Shown: positions 36,017 to 45,108, counted from the stretch's first letter. The stretch is 64,000 bases of DNA from Oscillospiraceae bacterium (GCA_017472735.1 JAFUOD010000002.1:68226-132225), one strand, 5' to 3'. Notes: generated from the letters alone by a model not told the origin. Made by a program: numbers and translations.

Positions 36017-36936
36017 TGGCATCTAAGTTACGTCTTTCTGTATCACCTCATGTTCACACCCACGAAACCGTTACGGGAATTATGCTTGATGTCATCATTT
36101 CGCTTCTTCCCGCAACAATTGCAGGTACGATAATCTTCGGCTGGCGCGCATTGCTTGTTGTTGCAGCGTGTGTTATCACCTGCGTGCTTTCGGAATTTAT
36201 TTTTAACAAAATTGTAAAAGAAAAGCCCACCATCGGCGATCTGAGCGCTGCTGTTACAGGCTTGCTTTTGGGACTTAACCTTCCTGCAAACATTCCTATT
36301 TGGCAGGCAGTCATCGGTTCGGTATTTGCAATAATTATTGTCAAATGCTTCTTTGGAGGAATGGGCTGTAACCTTGTTAACCCCGCAATTACCGCGCGTG
36401 TATTCATGCTTGTTGCCTTTGGTTCAATGGCAACTGCCGCATTCCCTGTTGACGCTGTTTCATCTGCAACCCCTTTGTCTGCCGAGCAAATGCCTTCGTT
36501 AACCACCCTCTTTTTCGGCAACTACGGAGGCGCAATCGGTGAGACATGCACATTGGCGCTTATTATCGGATTTATTTATCTTTTAGTGCGTCAGGTAATT
36601 ACTTGGCATATCCCCGTGGCTTACATCGGCACAGTTTTCCTCTTTACCCTGGTTTTAGAGGGATTTGACTTCGTCGCCGCACTTTCTGCCATCATGGCAG
36701 GCGGCTTGTTCATAGGTGCTATCTTCATGGCTACCGACTATGTTACATCTCCCGAAACCCCTAACGGAAAGCTTATTTTCGGCTTGGGCGCCGGTATTAT
36801 AACTGTAATGATACGTCAGTGGGGCAACTACCCCGAGGGTGTATCCTTCGCAATTTTGCTTATGAACATTCTTGACCCCTACATTGGCATCTGGACAGCA
36901 AGAAAGGTGTTTGGAGGTGTTAAGGCTGATGATTAA
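36016..36936 (+). CDS. rnfD: Rnf complex subunit D
   Basis: NqrB/RnfD polytopic protein; SSATPL flavinylation-type motif (VDAVSSATPLS). Confidence 0.9.
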   Translation: MASKLRLSVSPHVHTHETVTGIMLDVIISLLPATIAGTIIFGWRALLVVAACVITCVLSEFIFNKIVKEKPTIGDLSAAVTGLLLGLNLPANIPIWQAVIGSVFAIIIVKCFFGGMGCNLVNPAITARVFMLVAFGSMATAAFPVDAVSSATPLSAEQMPSLTTLFFGNYGGAIGETCTLALIIGFIYLLVRQVITWHIPVAYIGTVFLFTLVLEGFDFVAALSAIMAGGLFIGAIFMATDYVTSPETPNGKLIFGLGAGIITVMIRQWGNYPEGVSFAILLMNILDPYIGIWTARKVFGGVKADD

Positions 36937-38104
36937 GATGATGAAAAGTGCGGTTGCTTTAACCGTTATCTGCGCTGTTGTTGCAGTGCTTTTGGCGGCA
37001 ACAAACTTTATTACCGCTCCTGTTATTCAGGCTAACGATGCCGCCGCCGCAAACGAAGCTTTGCTTGTTGTAATGCCCAATGGCACGGGCTTTGAAGCTG
37101 TTGACATTTCCTCTTACACATTGCCCTCAACTGTTAACGAGGTATTTAAGGAAGCAAACGGCGGTTATGTAGTAAAACTTACCACTGCGGGCTATTCAAC
37201 AGGCATGGTTATCATGGTCGGCGTTGATGCAAACGGTGCTGTTACAGGCGCTACCTGCTTATCAAGCGGTGAAACCTTGGGCTATGAAAAAACCTACGGC
37301 GAGACAACCGTTGGCGCAACACTTGAAACCGTTGACGGCTTGGACACCATTGCAGGCGCAACAAGAACCACCGATGGCTATAAAAACGCTGTGAAAGACG
37401 CTTTGAACACCGCAGTTATAATGGGCGGTGGAAGCGTTGACATAAGAAATCCCGAACAGATTTTGACTGATAACTTAAATACGGCATTGCCCGAGGGTGA
37501 GGGCGAGTTCACTTCGTTCTTCATTCAAGAAGTTCTTGACGTCACTGACGCTGTATATCACGCTGATAACGATGCAGGTTACGTATTTGTTTCGGGCGAA
37601 AGCTTTATTGGTGTTGACCGTTCCGGTAACGTAATATCTGAAGTAGAAGAAGCCCTTAAGGTTTCGATTGAAAGCGATGCCAAGACGTTCTTAGCGTCCG
37701 AGGTTGAGATGATCGACCTCTCGGCATACGAGAATATACCCTCTCAGATAGTTAATGCTTACAGAACCCTTACAGGCAACTATGTATTCGAGCTTAAGGC
37801 AGCAGGCTATGGCATTAACGGCGGCGATAAGTATCACCCCGCATCGGGCGAGTATATCGAGATCATGGTTTCGGCAACCAAGGAAGGTGTGATCATCGAC
37901 TGTGTTACCACCTATCAGGCTGAAACCGAAAACATCGGCTCGGTTTGTGCAGACCCCGAATTCTACTCTCAGTTCGACGGCAGAAGCGAATCGGATTATA
38001 ACGACATCGACGCTATAAGCGGTGCAACACTTACAACAAACGGTTATAAGGTTGCAGTCGGCAAGATATTTGACGTAATAAAAATTTTGGAAGGAGTGGC
38101 CTGA
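36929..38104 (+). CDS. rnfG: Rnf complex subunit G with two tandem FMN-binding domains
   Basis: N-terminal TM anchor. First FMN_bind motif IAGATRTTDGYKNAV (nt 37352-37369). A second complete domain ends in ISGATLTTNGYKVAV (nt 38018-38035). Confidence 0.8.
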   Translation: MIKMMKSAVALTVICAVVAVLLAATNFITAPVIQANDAAAANEALLVVMPNGTGFEAVDISSYTLPSTVNEVFKEANGGYVVKLTTAGYSTGMVIMVGVDANGAVTGATCLSSGETLGYEKTYGETTVGATLETVDGLDTIAGATRTTDGYKNAVKDALNTAVIMGGGSVDIRNPEQILTDNLNTALPEGEGEFTSFFIQEVLDVTDAVYHADNDAGYVFVSGESFIGVDRSGNVISEVEEALKVSIESDAKTFLASEVEMIDLSAYENIPSQIVNAYRTLTGNYVFELKAAGYGINGGDKYHPASGEYIEIMVSATKEGVIIDCVTTYQAETENIGSVCADPEFYSQFDGRSESDYNDIDAISGATLTTNGYKVAVGKIFDVIKILEGVA

Positions 38105-38107
38105 TTT

Positions 38108-38827
38108 ATGAAAAAAGACAGTAGCTTGTCAATACTTTTCAAGGGCTTGCTCCTTGAAAACCCTGTATTCGTTCTTATTTTGGGCACTTGCCCCACGCTT
38201 GCAACAACAAACACCGTTATCGGTGCGCTGGCAATGGGTCTTGCCGCAACTGCGGTTTTGATCTGCTCTAACGTGGTTATCTCGCTGTTAAGAAAGGTGA
38301 TACCCGAAACGGTAAGAATCCCTTGCTATATCGTAATTATTGCAGGCTTTGTAACCATTGTTCAAATGTTTATGCACGCATACCTGCCCGAGCTTTATGA
38401 GCTTTTGGGCGTGTATCTGGCGCTTATCACAGTTAACTGCATTATTTTGGGCAGAGCTGAAATGTTTGCTTCCAAAAACAACGTCGGCAAGTCGGCGCTC
38501 GACGGCGTGGGCATGGGCCTTGGCTTTACCATTGCGCTTTTGGCAATGGCAACCATTCGTGAGGTTTTTGGTGCAGGCACATTTGCAGGTATCGAGATCC
38601 CGTTCCTTATCGACCACACCGTAAATTATCTTACAAAGGCGCCCGGCGGTATGCTTGTTTACGGCATTTTAATTGCTGTTGTTTCAGTTATTACCAAAGG
38701 CAAATATCCTAAGAAAAAGAGCTTTGGCTGTGCAGGCTGTCCTTCGGCAGGCTTGTGCAAATCCTGCTCCTCTTGCGAAAACAATATTGAAGAAGCAGTA
38801 GATAACATTTTAAAGGAGGGCAACTAA
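38108..38827 (+). CDS. rnfE: Rnf complex subunit E with a C-terminal Cys-rich extension
   Basis: NqrD/RnfE core (LGTCPTLA..NCIILGRAE) plus the tail KKKSFGCAGCPSAGLCKSCSSCENN. Confidence 0.9.
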   Translation: MKKDSSLSILFKGLLLENPVFVLILGTCPTLATTNTVIGALAMGLAATAVLICSNVVISLLRKVIPETVRIPCYIVIIAGFVTIVQMFMHAYLPELYELLGVYLALITVNCIILGRAEMFASKNNVGKSALDGVGMGLGFTIALLAMATIREVFGAGTFAGIEIPFLIDHTVNYLTKAPGGMLVYGILIAVVSVITKGKYPKKKSFGCAGCPSAGLCKSCSSCENNIEEAVDNILKEGN

Positions 38828-39427
38828 ATGGAAACTGTTAAGAGTTTAATTGTCATTTTAATGTCCTCGGTGCTTGTTAATAACTATGTTTTAAGCCAGT
38901 TCTTAGGCATCTGCCCCTTCTTGGGCGTTTCCAAAAAGCTTGATCAGGCAACAGGCATGGGCGTTGCCGTAACCTTTGTAATGTTAATGGCAACCGCCGT
39001 AACATGGCCTATTCAGACCTATATTTTAAATAATACAGGTTTAGAATATATGCAAACTATCGTCTTTATTTTGGTTATTGCGGCACTTGTTCAGTTTACC
39101 GAAATTTTCTTAAAAAAGTATATTCCTGCACTTCACAAAAGCTTGGGTGTATATCTTCCTCTTATAACAACCAACTGCGCTGTTTTGGGCGTTACCATTA
39201 ACAACATGACCGACGGCTACGGCTTTGTTGAATCGCTCGTAAGCTCTTTGGGCTGTGGCTTGGGCTTTTTGCTTGCAATGGTTCTGTTCTCGGGTATCCG
39301 TTCAAGAATCGATGAAATGAACATTCCCAAGGCTTTGCGCGGCTTGCCCGTAACCTTAATTGCGGCTTCATTCCTTTCTTTGGCGTTCTTCGGATTCGCA
39401 GGAATCATTGATAACTTGTTTGCTTAA
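38828..39427 (+). CDS. rnfA: Rnf complex subunit A
   Basis: NqrE/RnfA pattern LGICPFLGVS..ITTNCAVLGV. Confidence 0.9.
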   Translation: METVKSLIVILMSSVLVNNYVLSQFLGICPFLGVSKKLDQATGMGVAVTFVMLMATAVTWPIQTYILNNTGLEYMQTIVFILVIAALVQFTEIFLKKYIPALHKSLGVYLPLITTNCAVLGVTINNMTDGYGFVESLVSSLGCGLGFLLAMVLFSGIRSRIDEMNIPKALRGLPVTLIAASFLSLAFFGFAGIIDNLFA

Positions 39428-39442
39428 GGAGGGTATAAGAGT

Positions 39443-40267
39443 ATGTTTGATATTTTAATTGCCCTTTTGGTTGTCGGCGCTGTCGGCTTGGTTGCAGGTA
39501 TTTTGCTTGTTTTGGCATCTTACTTCTTCAGAATTGAGGAAGAAGAAAAAACAAAGCTCATTCGTGAATGTCTGCCCGGCTCGAACTGCGGTGCTTGCGG
39601 ATATACAGGCTGTGACGGTTATGCAAAAGCCTTGGCATTGGGCGAGGCTGAGCCTCACCTTTGTGTGCCGGGCGCAATTGCCGTTGCCGAAAAGCTTTCA
39701 GAGATTTTGGGTGTAGAGGTTAAGGCAAGCGACCCGATAGTTGCCTTTGTCGGCTGCAACGGCACCTGCGAAGCTACCTCGAAAAAAGCGGATTACGACG
39801 GCATTGATTCTTGTTTAGCTGCTTCAATGCTTTATGGCGGACCTAATGCCTGCCGCTTTGGCTGCATTGGTTGCGGCGACTGTTCAAAAGTCTGTCCTGT
39901 TGACGCTATCTGCTTCGAGGACGGTATCGCCCGTGTTGACTCACGCATATGCATCGGTTGCGGCATGTGCGCTAAGGAATGTCCCAAGAACATTATCGCA
40001 ATCATTCCCCGTGACGCAAGAGTTGCTGTTATGTGCAACTCGAACGACAAGGGCGCTGTTGCACGCAAAAACTGCAAAAACGCTTGTATCGGCTGCAAAA
40101 AGTGCGAGGTCAATTGCCCAACAAATGCAATCACTGTTATTGATAATCTCTCGGTTATTGATTACGGCAAGTGCATTGCCTGCGGCAAGTGTGCCGAGGT
40201 TTGCCCCACACACTGCATTAAACTTACCGACTTTGCCGCACACAGCATAATTGATTATGGAAAATAA
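39443..40267 (+). CDS. rnfB: Rnf complex subunit B
   Basis: N-terminal TM, CLPGSNCGACGYTGC cluster, and multiple CxxCxxCxxxCP ferredoxin repeats. Confidence 0.9.
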   Translation: MFDILIALLVVGAVGLVAGILLVLASYFFRIEEEEKTKLIRECLPGSNCGACGYTGCDGYAKALALGEAEPHLCVPGAIAVAEKLSEILGVEVKASDPIVAFVGCNGTCEATSKKADYDGIDSCLAASMLYGGPNACRFGCIGCGDCSKVCPVDAICFEDGIARVDSRICIGCGMCAKECPKNIIAIIPRDARVAVMCNSNDKGAVARKNCKNACIGCKKCEVNCPTNAITVIDNLSVIDYGKCIACGKCAEVCPTHCIKLTDFAAHSIIDYGK

Positions 40268-40634
40268 TAAACGAAAATTTAAAAACGACTTAATTCTTGT
40301 CGCCGCCCTGCTTGTTTTGGCGGCGGCAGGATTTATGTTATTCAATGCCTTTAAACAGGCAGGCGATTACGTTGTCGTTTCCGTTAACGGCGAGGAGGTT
40401 GCCCGTTACCCTCTTGACAAAGATTTTGAAACCGATATAATTACCCAAGATGGGGTTAACACCTTGACTGTTAAAGAGGGAAAAGCTTATGTTTCTTACG
40501 CTTCCTGCCCCGATTTGATATGTGTCGGTCACCGCGCCGTTTCAAACGTTGGTGAAACGATTGTTTGCCTGCCGAATAAAGTTGTAATAAGCATTGAAAA
40601 ACAAGAAAACAACGATTTAGACCTTGCGGTTTGA
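40257..40634 (+). CDS. NusG domain II-containing membrane-anchored protein
   Basis: TM anchor, then YVVVSVNGEEVARYPL..CPDLICV..IVCLPNKVVISIE, the NusG-II/DUF1312 pattern. Confidence 0.7.
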   Translation: MENNKRKFKNDLILVAALLVLAAAGFMLFNAFKQAGDYVVVSVNGEEVARYPLDKDFETDIITQDGVNTLTVKEGKAYVSYASCPDLICVGHRAVSNVGETIVCLPNKVVISIEKQENNDLDLAV

Positions 40635-40648
40635 CGGAGAAAGATTTA

Positions 40649-41152
40649 ATGAACAACCGAACCAAAAAAATTGCATATTTAGGTTTGATGACGGCATTAG
40701 CGCTCATCCTGTCTTATGTCGAATCGCTGTTTCCGCCGATATGGGCGGCTGTGCCCGGCATTAAAATGGGCTTGCCCAATATTGTTATAATATTTTTGCT
40801 TTACCGCTTTGGGTTTAAAGAGGCACTCGGGGTCTCACTGGTACGAGTGTTTATAGTCTCACTTTTGTTCGGCAACGTAATGTCCTTGGCTTACAGCTTA
40901 ACAGGTGCGGCATTAAGCCTTGCGCTTATGGTCGTTCTTAAAAGGACAGACCTTTTTTCGACAGTCGGCGTAAGCGTTGCCGGCGGTGTTGCTCATAACT
41001 TGGGGCAAATTATTGTTGCTATGCTTATAATGGAAACCGCAGAAATCGGGTATTATATGATTGTGCTTGCTGTGACGGGAACCTTGGCAGGTGCATTTAT
41101 TGGTCTGGCAGGCTCAATTTTACTGAAATACATGAAAAATGTGAAAATATGA
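40649..41152 (+). CDS. Gx transporter family membrane protein (formerly annotated as heptaprenyl diphosphate synthase component I-like)
   Basis: About 5 TM helices, LALILSYVESLFP..PGIKMGLPNIVIIFLLY. GGAGA RBS precedes the ATG at 40649. Confidence 0.65.
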   Translation: MNNRTKKIAYLGLMTALALILSYVESLFPPIWAAVPGIKMGLPNIVIIFLLYRFGFKEALGVSLVRVFIVSLLFGNVMSLAYSLTGAALSLALMVVLKRTDLFSTVGVSVAGGVAHNLGQIIVAMLIMETAEIGYYMIVLAVTGTLAGAFIGLAGSILLKYMKNVKI

Positions 41153-41263
41153 AATGAAAAAAGTTTGTTAAATACTTGACAAGACTATTGACCTATGGCA
41201 TAATTAACACAATTAATAAATGTAATAAGTTTATTAAAATTTTTTAATAAGGAGAATAGTAAT

Positions 41264-42289
41264 ATGAAAAAGTTGTTAAGCATTGTTTTAGCCGTTGTTA
41301 TGACTGCTGTTTTGTTTGCAGGCTGCGGCGCTGCAAAGACTGTTAAGTTTGGTGTGGGTGTTTATTCTTACTATGAAGCCGGCACAAACGCTACCGAAGA
41401 AGCTGAAGGCACAGGCGAAGTGGTTTCGACTGCAGCTGCTGTTATGTTAGACGCTGACGGCAAGATCGTTAAGTGCGTTATCGACACGGTTGATTACACA
41501 GCTCACTGGACTTTGGCAGGCGAAGATATCACTTATGAAAACGACGAAGATATCAAGACCAAGTACGAACTCGGCACCAACTACGGCATGGCCGCTTACG
41601 GCAACGACGTTAACGGCGACGGCAAGGTCTTGGAATGGAATGAACAGATCGACGCTTTCTGCTCTGTAGTTGAAGGCAAGACCATTGACGAAGTTAAAGC
41701 TTTGGTAGTAGACGGTTATCAGGGAAACGAAGAGGTTATGAATGCCGGCTGTACCATTGGCATTGCAGATTATGTTAAGGCTTTGGAAAAGGCTGTTGCA
41801 AACGTTCAAGATTCGGGTGCTACTGCTAACGACACCTTGAAGCTTGCATTTGTTTCGACTGACGAAGGCAAGGGCGCAACCGAAGAAGCTGACGGCAGCG
41901 TTGAATTGGAAGTTACTATCGTTGGTGCGGCTGTTAATGCCGACGGCAAGGTTTCGGCAATGGTTACCGATGCTGTTCAGGCCGCATTCGGCTTCAACAC
42001 TGTAGGCGCTGCAACTTATGATGCCGCTGCTGAGATCAAGACCAAGCTTGAAAAGGGTGACAGCTATAATATGGCTGCTTACGGCACCGACCTTAACGGT
42101 GACGGCAAGGTTTTGGAATGGTATGATCAGGCTGCTGCGTTTAATGCTGAATGCTTGGGCAAGACCGCAAGCGAGATCTCGGCACTTGTTGTTGACGGTT
42201 ACGGCGTTGAATCCTTGCAGACCGCAGGCTGCACCATCGGTATCTCCGATATGGTAAAGGCTGCTGTTAAGGCTGCAACTGTTGCTTAA
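41264..42289 (+). CDS. Lipoprotein with two internal repeats of an FMN_bind-like module (uncharacterised)
   Basis: Lipobox LFAGC. Repeat 1 is about aa 27-180 and repeat 2 about aa 192-341. Each ends ..NGDGKVLEW..VVDGY....AGCTIGI.D.VKA..KA. Confidence 0.5.
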   Translation: MKKLLSIVLAVVMTAVLFAGCGAAKTVKFGVGVYSYYEAGTNATEEAEGTGEVVSTAAAVMLDADGKIVKCVIDTVDYTAHWTLAGEDITYENDEDIKTKYELGTNYGMAAYGNDVNGDGKVLEWNEQIDAFCSVVEGKTIDEVKALVVDGYQGNEEVMNAGCTIGIADYVKALEKAVANVQDSGATANDTLKLAFVSTDEGKGATEEADGSVELEVTIVGAAVNADGKVSAMVTDAVQAAFGFNTVGAATYDAAAEIKTKLEKGDSYNMAAYGTDLNGDGKVLEWYDQAAAFNAECLGKTASEISALVVDGYGVESLQTAGCTIGISDMVKAAVKAATVA

Positions 42290-42361
42290 TTTAAGCTGAC
42301 AAATTTAAGGGATGCCGTGTTTTGCGGCATCCCTTTTATGCTTTTGCAGGAGGGAAGAGGC

Positions 42362-43414
42362 ATGAAAAAAATAATTTTGCTTGTTTTGGCATTTGCTTTG
42401 TTAATGGCTCTTTGCGCCTGCACAAAAGGGGACGAGCCGCAAAAATTCACGGCATATTATTTTGATTATTTCGATACGGCTACCACGATCGTCGGTTATG
42501 AAAACAGCCAAGAGGATTTTGACGAGGTTTGTGCCAAAATAACCTCGCTGTTAAATGAATACCACAAGCTATACACGATCTATAACAGATATGATGGGTT
42601 GAACAATCTGTGCGAGGTCAATCGAAGCGAGAATACCCCCTTGGTGGTTGATGAAAAGATTATCGACCTGATTTTATATGCCAAGGAAATGTATTATGAA
42701 ACCGATGGCATGATGAATGTTGCCATGGGAAGCGTGCTTTCCATATGGCATGACTACCGTCAAAGAGGGTTAAATCACCCGGACGAAGCTGCCCTCCCCC
42801 CAATAGACGAGCTTTTGGAAGCGGCTAAGCACGTAAATATTGATGACGTTGTTGTTGATGCCGAAAACAGAACGGTGTATCTTGCAGACCCCGAAATGAG
42901 CCTTGACGTTGGTGCGATTGCTAAAGGTTATGCTGTTGAGGCCGTTGCCAAAGAGCTTGAAGCCGACGGAATTACAGGCTACATTTTAAACGTCGGCGGA
43001 AACGTGCGAACCATCGGCACAAGAGGGGATGGCACCCCATGGCAGGTGGGCATTGAGAACCCCGATACTTCGGACGGGGATAAGCCATATATCGAGTATT
43101 TGAAGCTTTCGGGGCAGTCGCTTGTTACAAGCGGCTCTTACCAGCGTTACTATGTTGTCGATGGCGTGAATTATCACCACATCATCGACCCCGAAACGCT
43201 TATGCCGGGCGAAAAGTACCTTTCGGTTTCGGTTTTGTGCCTCGATTCGGGGCTTGCCGATGCGCTTTCGACGGCGCTCTTCAACATGGATCATGCTGAC
43301 GGATTGGCATTGGTTGAAAGGCTTGAAAATGTTGAAGCTATGTGGGTAATGCCAAACGGCGAGCAAAGATATTCCTCGGGCTTTGAAAAGTATACGTTTG
43401 AATATAAAGAGTAA
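42362..43414 (+). CDS. apbE: FAD:protein FMN transferase (ApbE) lipoprotein
   Basis: Lipobox LMALCAC; DVGAIAKGYA and HHIIDPETLMP ApbE motifs. GGAGGG RBS precedes the ATG at 42362. Confidence 0.85.
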   Translation: MKKIILLVLAFALLMALCACTKGDEPQKFTAYYFDYFDTATTIVGYENSQEDFDEVCAKITSLLNEYHKLYTIYNRYDGLNNLCEVNRSENTPLVVDEKIIDLILYAKEMYYETDGMMNVAMGSVLSIWHDYRQRGLNHPDEAALPPIDELLEAAKHVNIDDVVVDAENRTVYLADPEMSLDVGAIAKGYAVEAVAKELEADGITGYILNVGGNVRTIGTRGDGTPWQVGIENPDTSDGDKPYIEYLKLSGQSLVTSGSYQRYYVVDGVNYHHIIDPETLMPGEKYLSVSVLCLDSGLADALSTALFNMDHADGLALVERLENVEAMWVMPNGEQRYSSGFEKYTFEYKE

Positions 43415-43419
43415 AGAAT

Positions 43420-43450
43420 AAACCACCTGTGTTTGATACAGGTGGTTTTA
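43420..43450. terminator. Bidirectional Rho-independent terminator
   Basis: AAACCACCTGT/ACAGGTGGTTT 11-bp stem between convergent genes. Confidence 0.8.
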
Positions 43451-43476
43451 ATGCTTTTGATTGTAAAAATCAAAGA

Positions 43477-44010
43477 CTACGTTATTCCGTTTCTTTTGGC
43501 AAAGTCGGTAATGATATTTATCCAATGTTCATGTTTAAATTCACGTCTGACATCAGAAATATCAATGTAAGTTCCGCTTTGAATACACTGAATAATCGCT
43601 TCAGCCATAAGGGCCTCACGGGTGTAATCGTCCGTCAGATATTCCTCAACGTCAATGTTCATTTTTGTATTGATGCCTTCGATAATGCCAAGGTAAAAAT
43701 AATTATCACGCCCCAAAACCGTACCTGCTTTTTCAATTAGTGCAAAAATCTCAACAACCTGCTTCACCGTGATTTTCTTATTATATGAAGCAAGCAATGA
43801 ACCCGCTGTCAAAATGTTGTCAGTTGTGGTTTCAAGGGCTGCAGCAAGTGAGGAAAGTAATGAGATATCAGGCATACTTTCGCCGCGCTCCCATTTTGAA
43901 ACTGCTTGCGTGGAAACATTCAAACGCTCACCAAGCTGAGTTTGCGTCAGCTTTTTATTGCGCCTTAATGAAGCTATCTGTTCGCCGACTTTATTAGCGT
44001 TAAATTCCAT
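43477..44010 (-). CDS. XRE-family helix-turn-helix transcriptional regulator
   Basis: IASLRRNKKLTQTQLGERLNVSTQAVSKWERGESMPD. AAGGAG RBS precedes the ATG at 44010. Confidence 0.75.
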   Translation of the reverse strand: MEFNANKVGEQIASLRRNKKLTQTQLGERLNVSTQAVSKWERGESMPDISLLSSLAAALETTTDNILTAGSLLASYNKKITVKQVVEIFALIEKAGTVLGRDNYFYLGIIEGINTKMNIDVEEYLTDDYTREALMAEAIIQCIQSGTYIDISDVRREFKHEHWINIITDFAKRNGIT

Positions 44011-44150
44011 TTTATCAACTCCTTCAGTGTGATGTGAACTGTTCACTGCTGATATTGTAACACCTCGTATAGCAAAAAGCTATGACGAGGTGGTTTCATT
44101 TTTTGTCGATTAATTAAACTGCGATATTAAAAAACGCGTGAGAGTGAAAA

Positions 44151-44238
44151 CGGAAGGCGAGTGCCGAGCTGTGCCGCCGCGCCTCCACCGCCGGCACTGT
44201 TCGCCCCTTCGGGGCAAACGCGCCCGCCGACGTCGGCG
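44151..44238. repeat. GC-rich hairpin-mosaic intergenic element, copy F (inverted relative to B and E)
   Basis: GCGCCTCCACCG (44179-44190) is the reverse complement of the B/E module. CGCCGACGTCG lies at 44225-44235 inside a 14-nt palindrome. GCCCC-TTC-GGGGC hairpin. The element abuts the YitT stop codon. Confidence 0.8.
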
Positions 44239-45108
44239 CTAAATCTGCTGTTCGCCGTGAATCTTGTAACCTTCACCGAAAACCTCATTAGCGGTGGTTA
44301 CAATAGCAAACGATGCCTCGTCCTCACTTTTTATAATTTTAAGCGCTTTTGCTGCCAAACGCTTTTTAATAACGCACAAAACGACCTTTTTTTCTGCGCC
44401 CGAGTATGCACCCACGCCCTCCAAGAAAGTGGCACCTGCGTCAAGCTCGTTCAAAAGGCGGTCGGTAATCGCTTCATATTTATCCGAGATGATATAAATA
44501 ATCTTCGCTTCATCGCGGTTATAAAGAATCATATCAATAACGGTCGAATAAACAATAATGCAAATAACAGCATAAAGTGCAATCTCAATATCTTTGAAAA
44601 CAAGTGCAGACAAAGCAACAATAATGCCGTCGGTTATAACAAAAAGCTTGCCTGCGGAAAGATGCTTGAACTTTCTTCTTAAGAGCTTAACAATAACATC
44701 TGTGCCGCCTGTTGTAGCTCCCTCTCGAAGAATGATCTCAAGGCTTACCGCCATTGTAAAGCCGCCTGCAAGCGCTGCAAGCATAAGGTTTTCGGTAATA
44801 GGGTCAAACTGTGCAAAAATATCTATAAGCACTGAGGACAAAGCAACAGCGTAGATCGTTGGTGCCAAAAACCTAAACCCGAAAACAAAAATAGCCGCAA
44901 TAATTAAAGGAATGTTAAGGATAAGAATGATCGTGCCTGTTCCAAGCGAGGGGATAAAGTGGCTTATGATCATTGCAACACCTGTGAAACCGCCGGGCAC
45001 AATTCCGTTAGGTTCAATAAACAAGCTTACACCAATGGCATAAATCACCGTTGCAACGGTTATCATAAAATATTTTCTTAAAATGTTGCTAATCTTTGGG
45101 ATCTTCAT
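44239..45108 (-). CDS. YitT-family membrane protein (DUF2179 C-terminal domain)
   Basis: Polytopic N-terminus with repeated GG(F/T)TG motifs and a C-terminal soluble domain; 289 aa. Confidence 0.8.
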   Translation of the reverse strand: MKIPKISNILRKYFMITVATVIYAIGVSLFIEPNGIVPGGFTGVAMIISHFIPSLGTGTIILILNIPLIIAAIFVFGFRFLAPTIYAVALSSVLIDIFAQFDPITENLMLAALAGGFTMAVSLEIILREGATTGGTDVIVKLLRRKFKHLSAGKLFVITDGIIVALSALVFKDIEIALYAVICIIVYSTVIDMILYNRDEAKIIYIISDKYEAITDRLLNELDAGATFLEGVGAYSGAEKKVVLCVIKKRLAAKALKIIKSEDEASFAIVTTANEVFGEGYKIHGEQQI

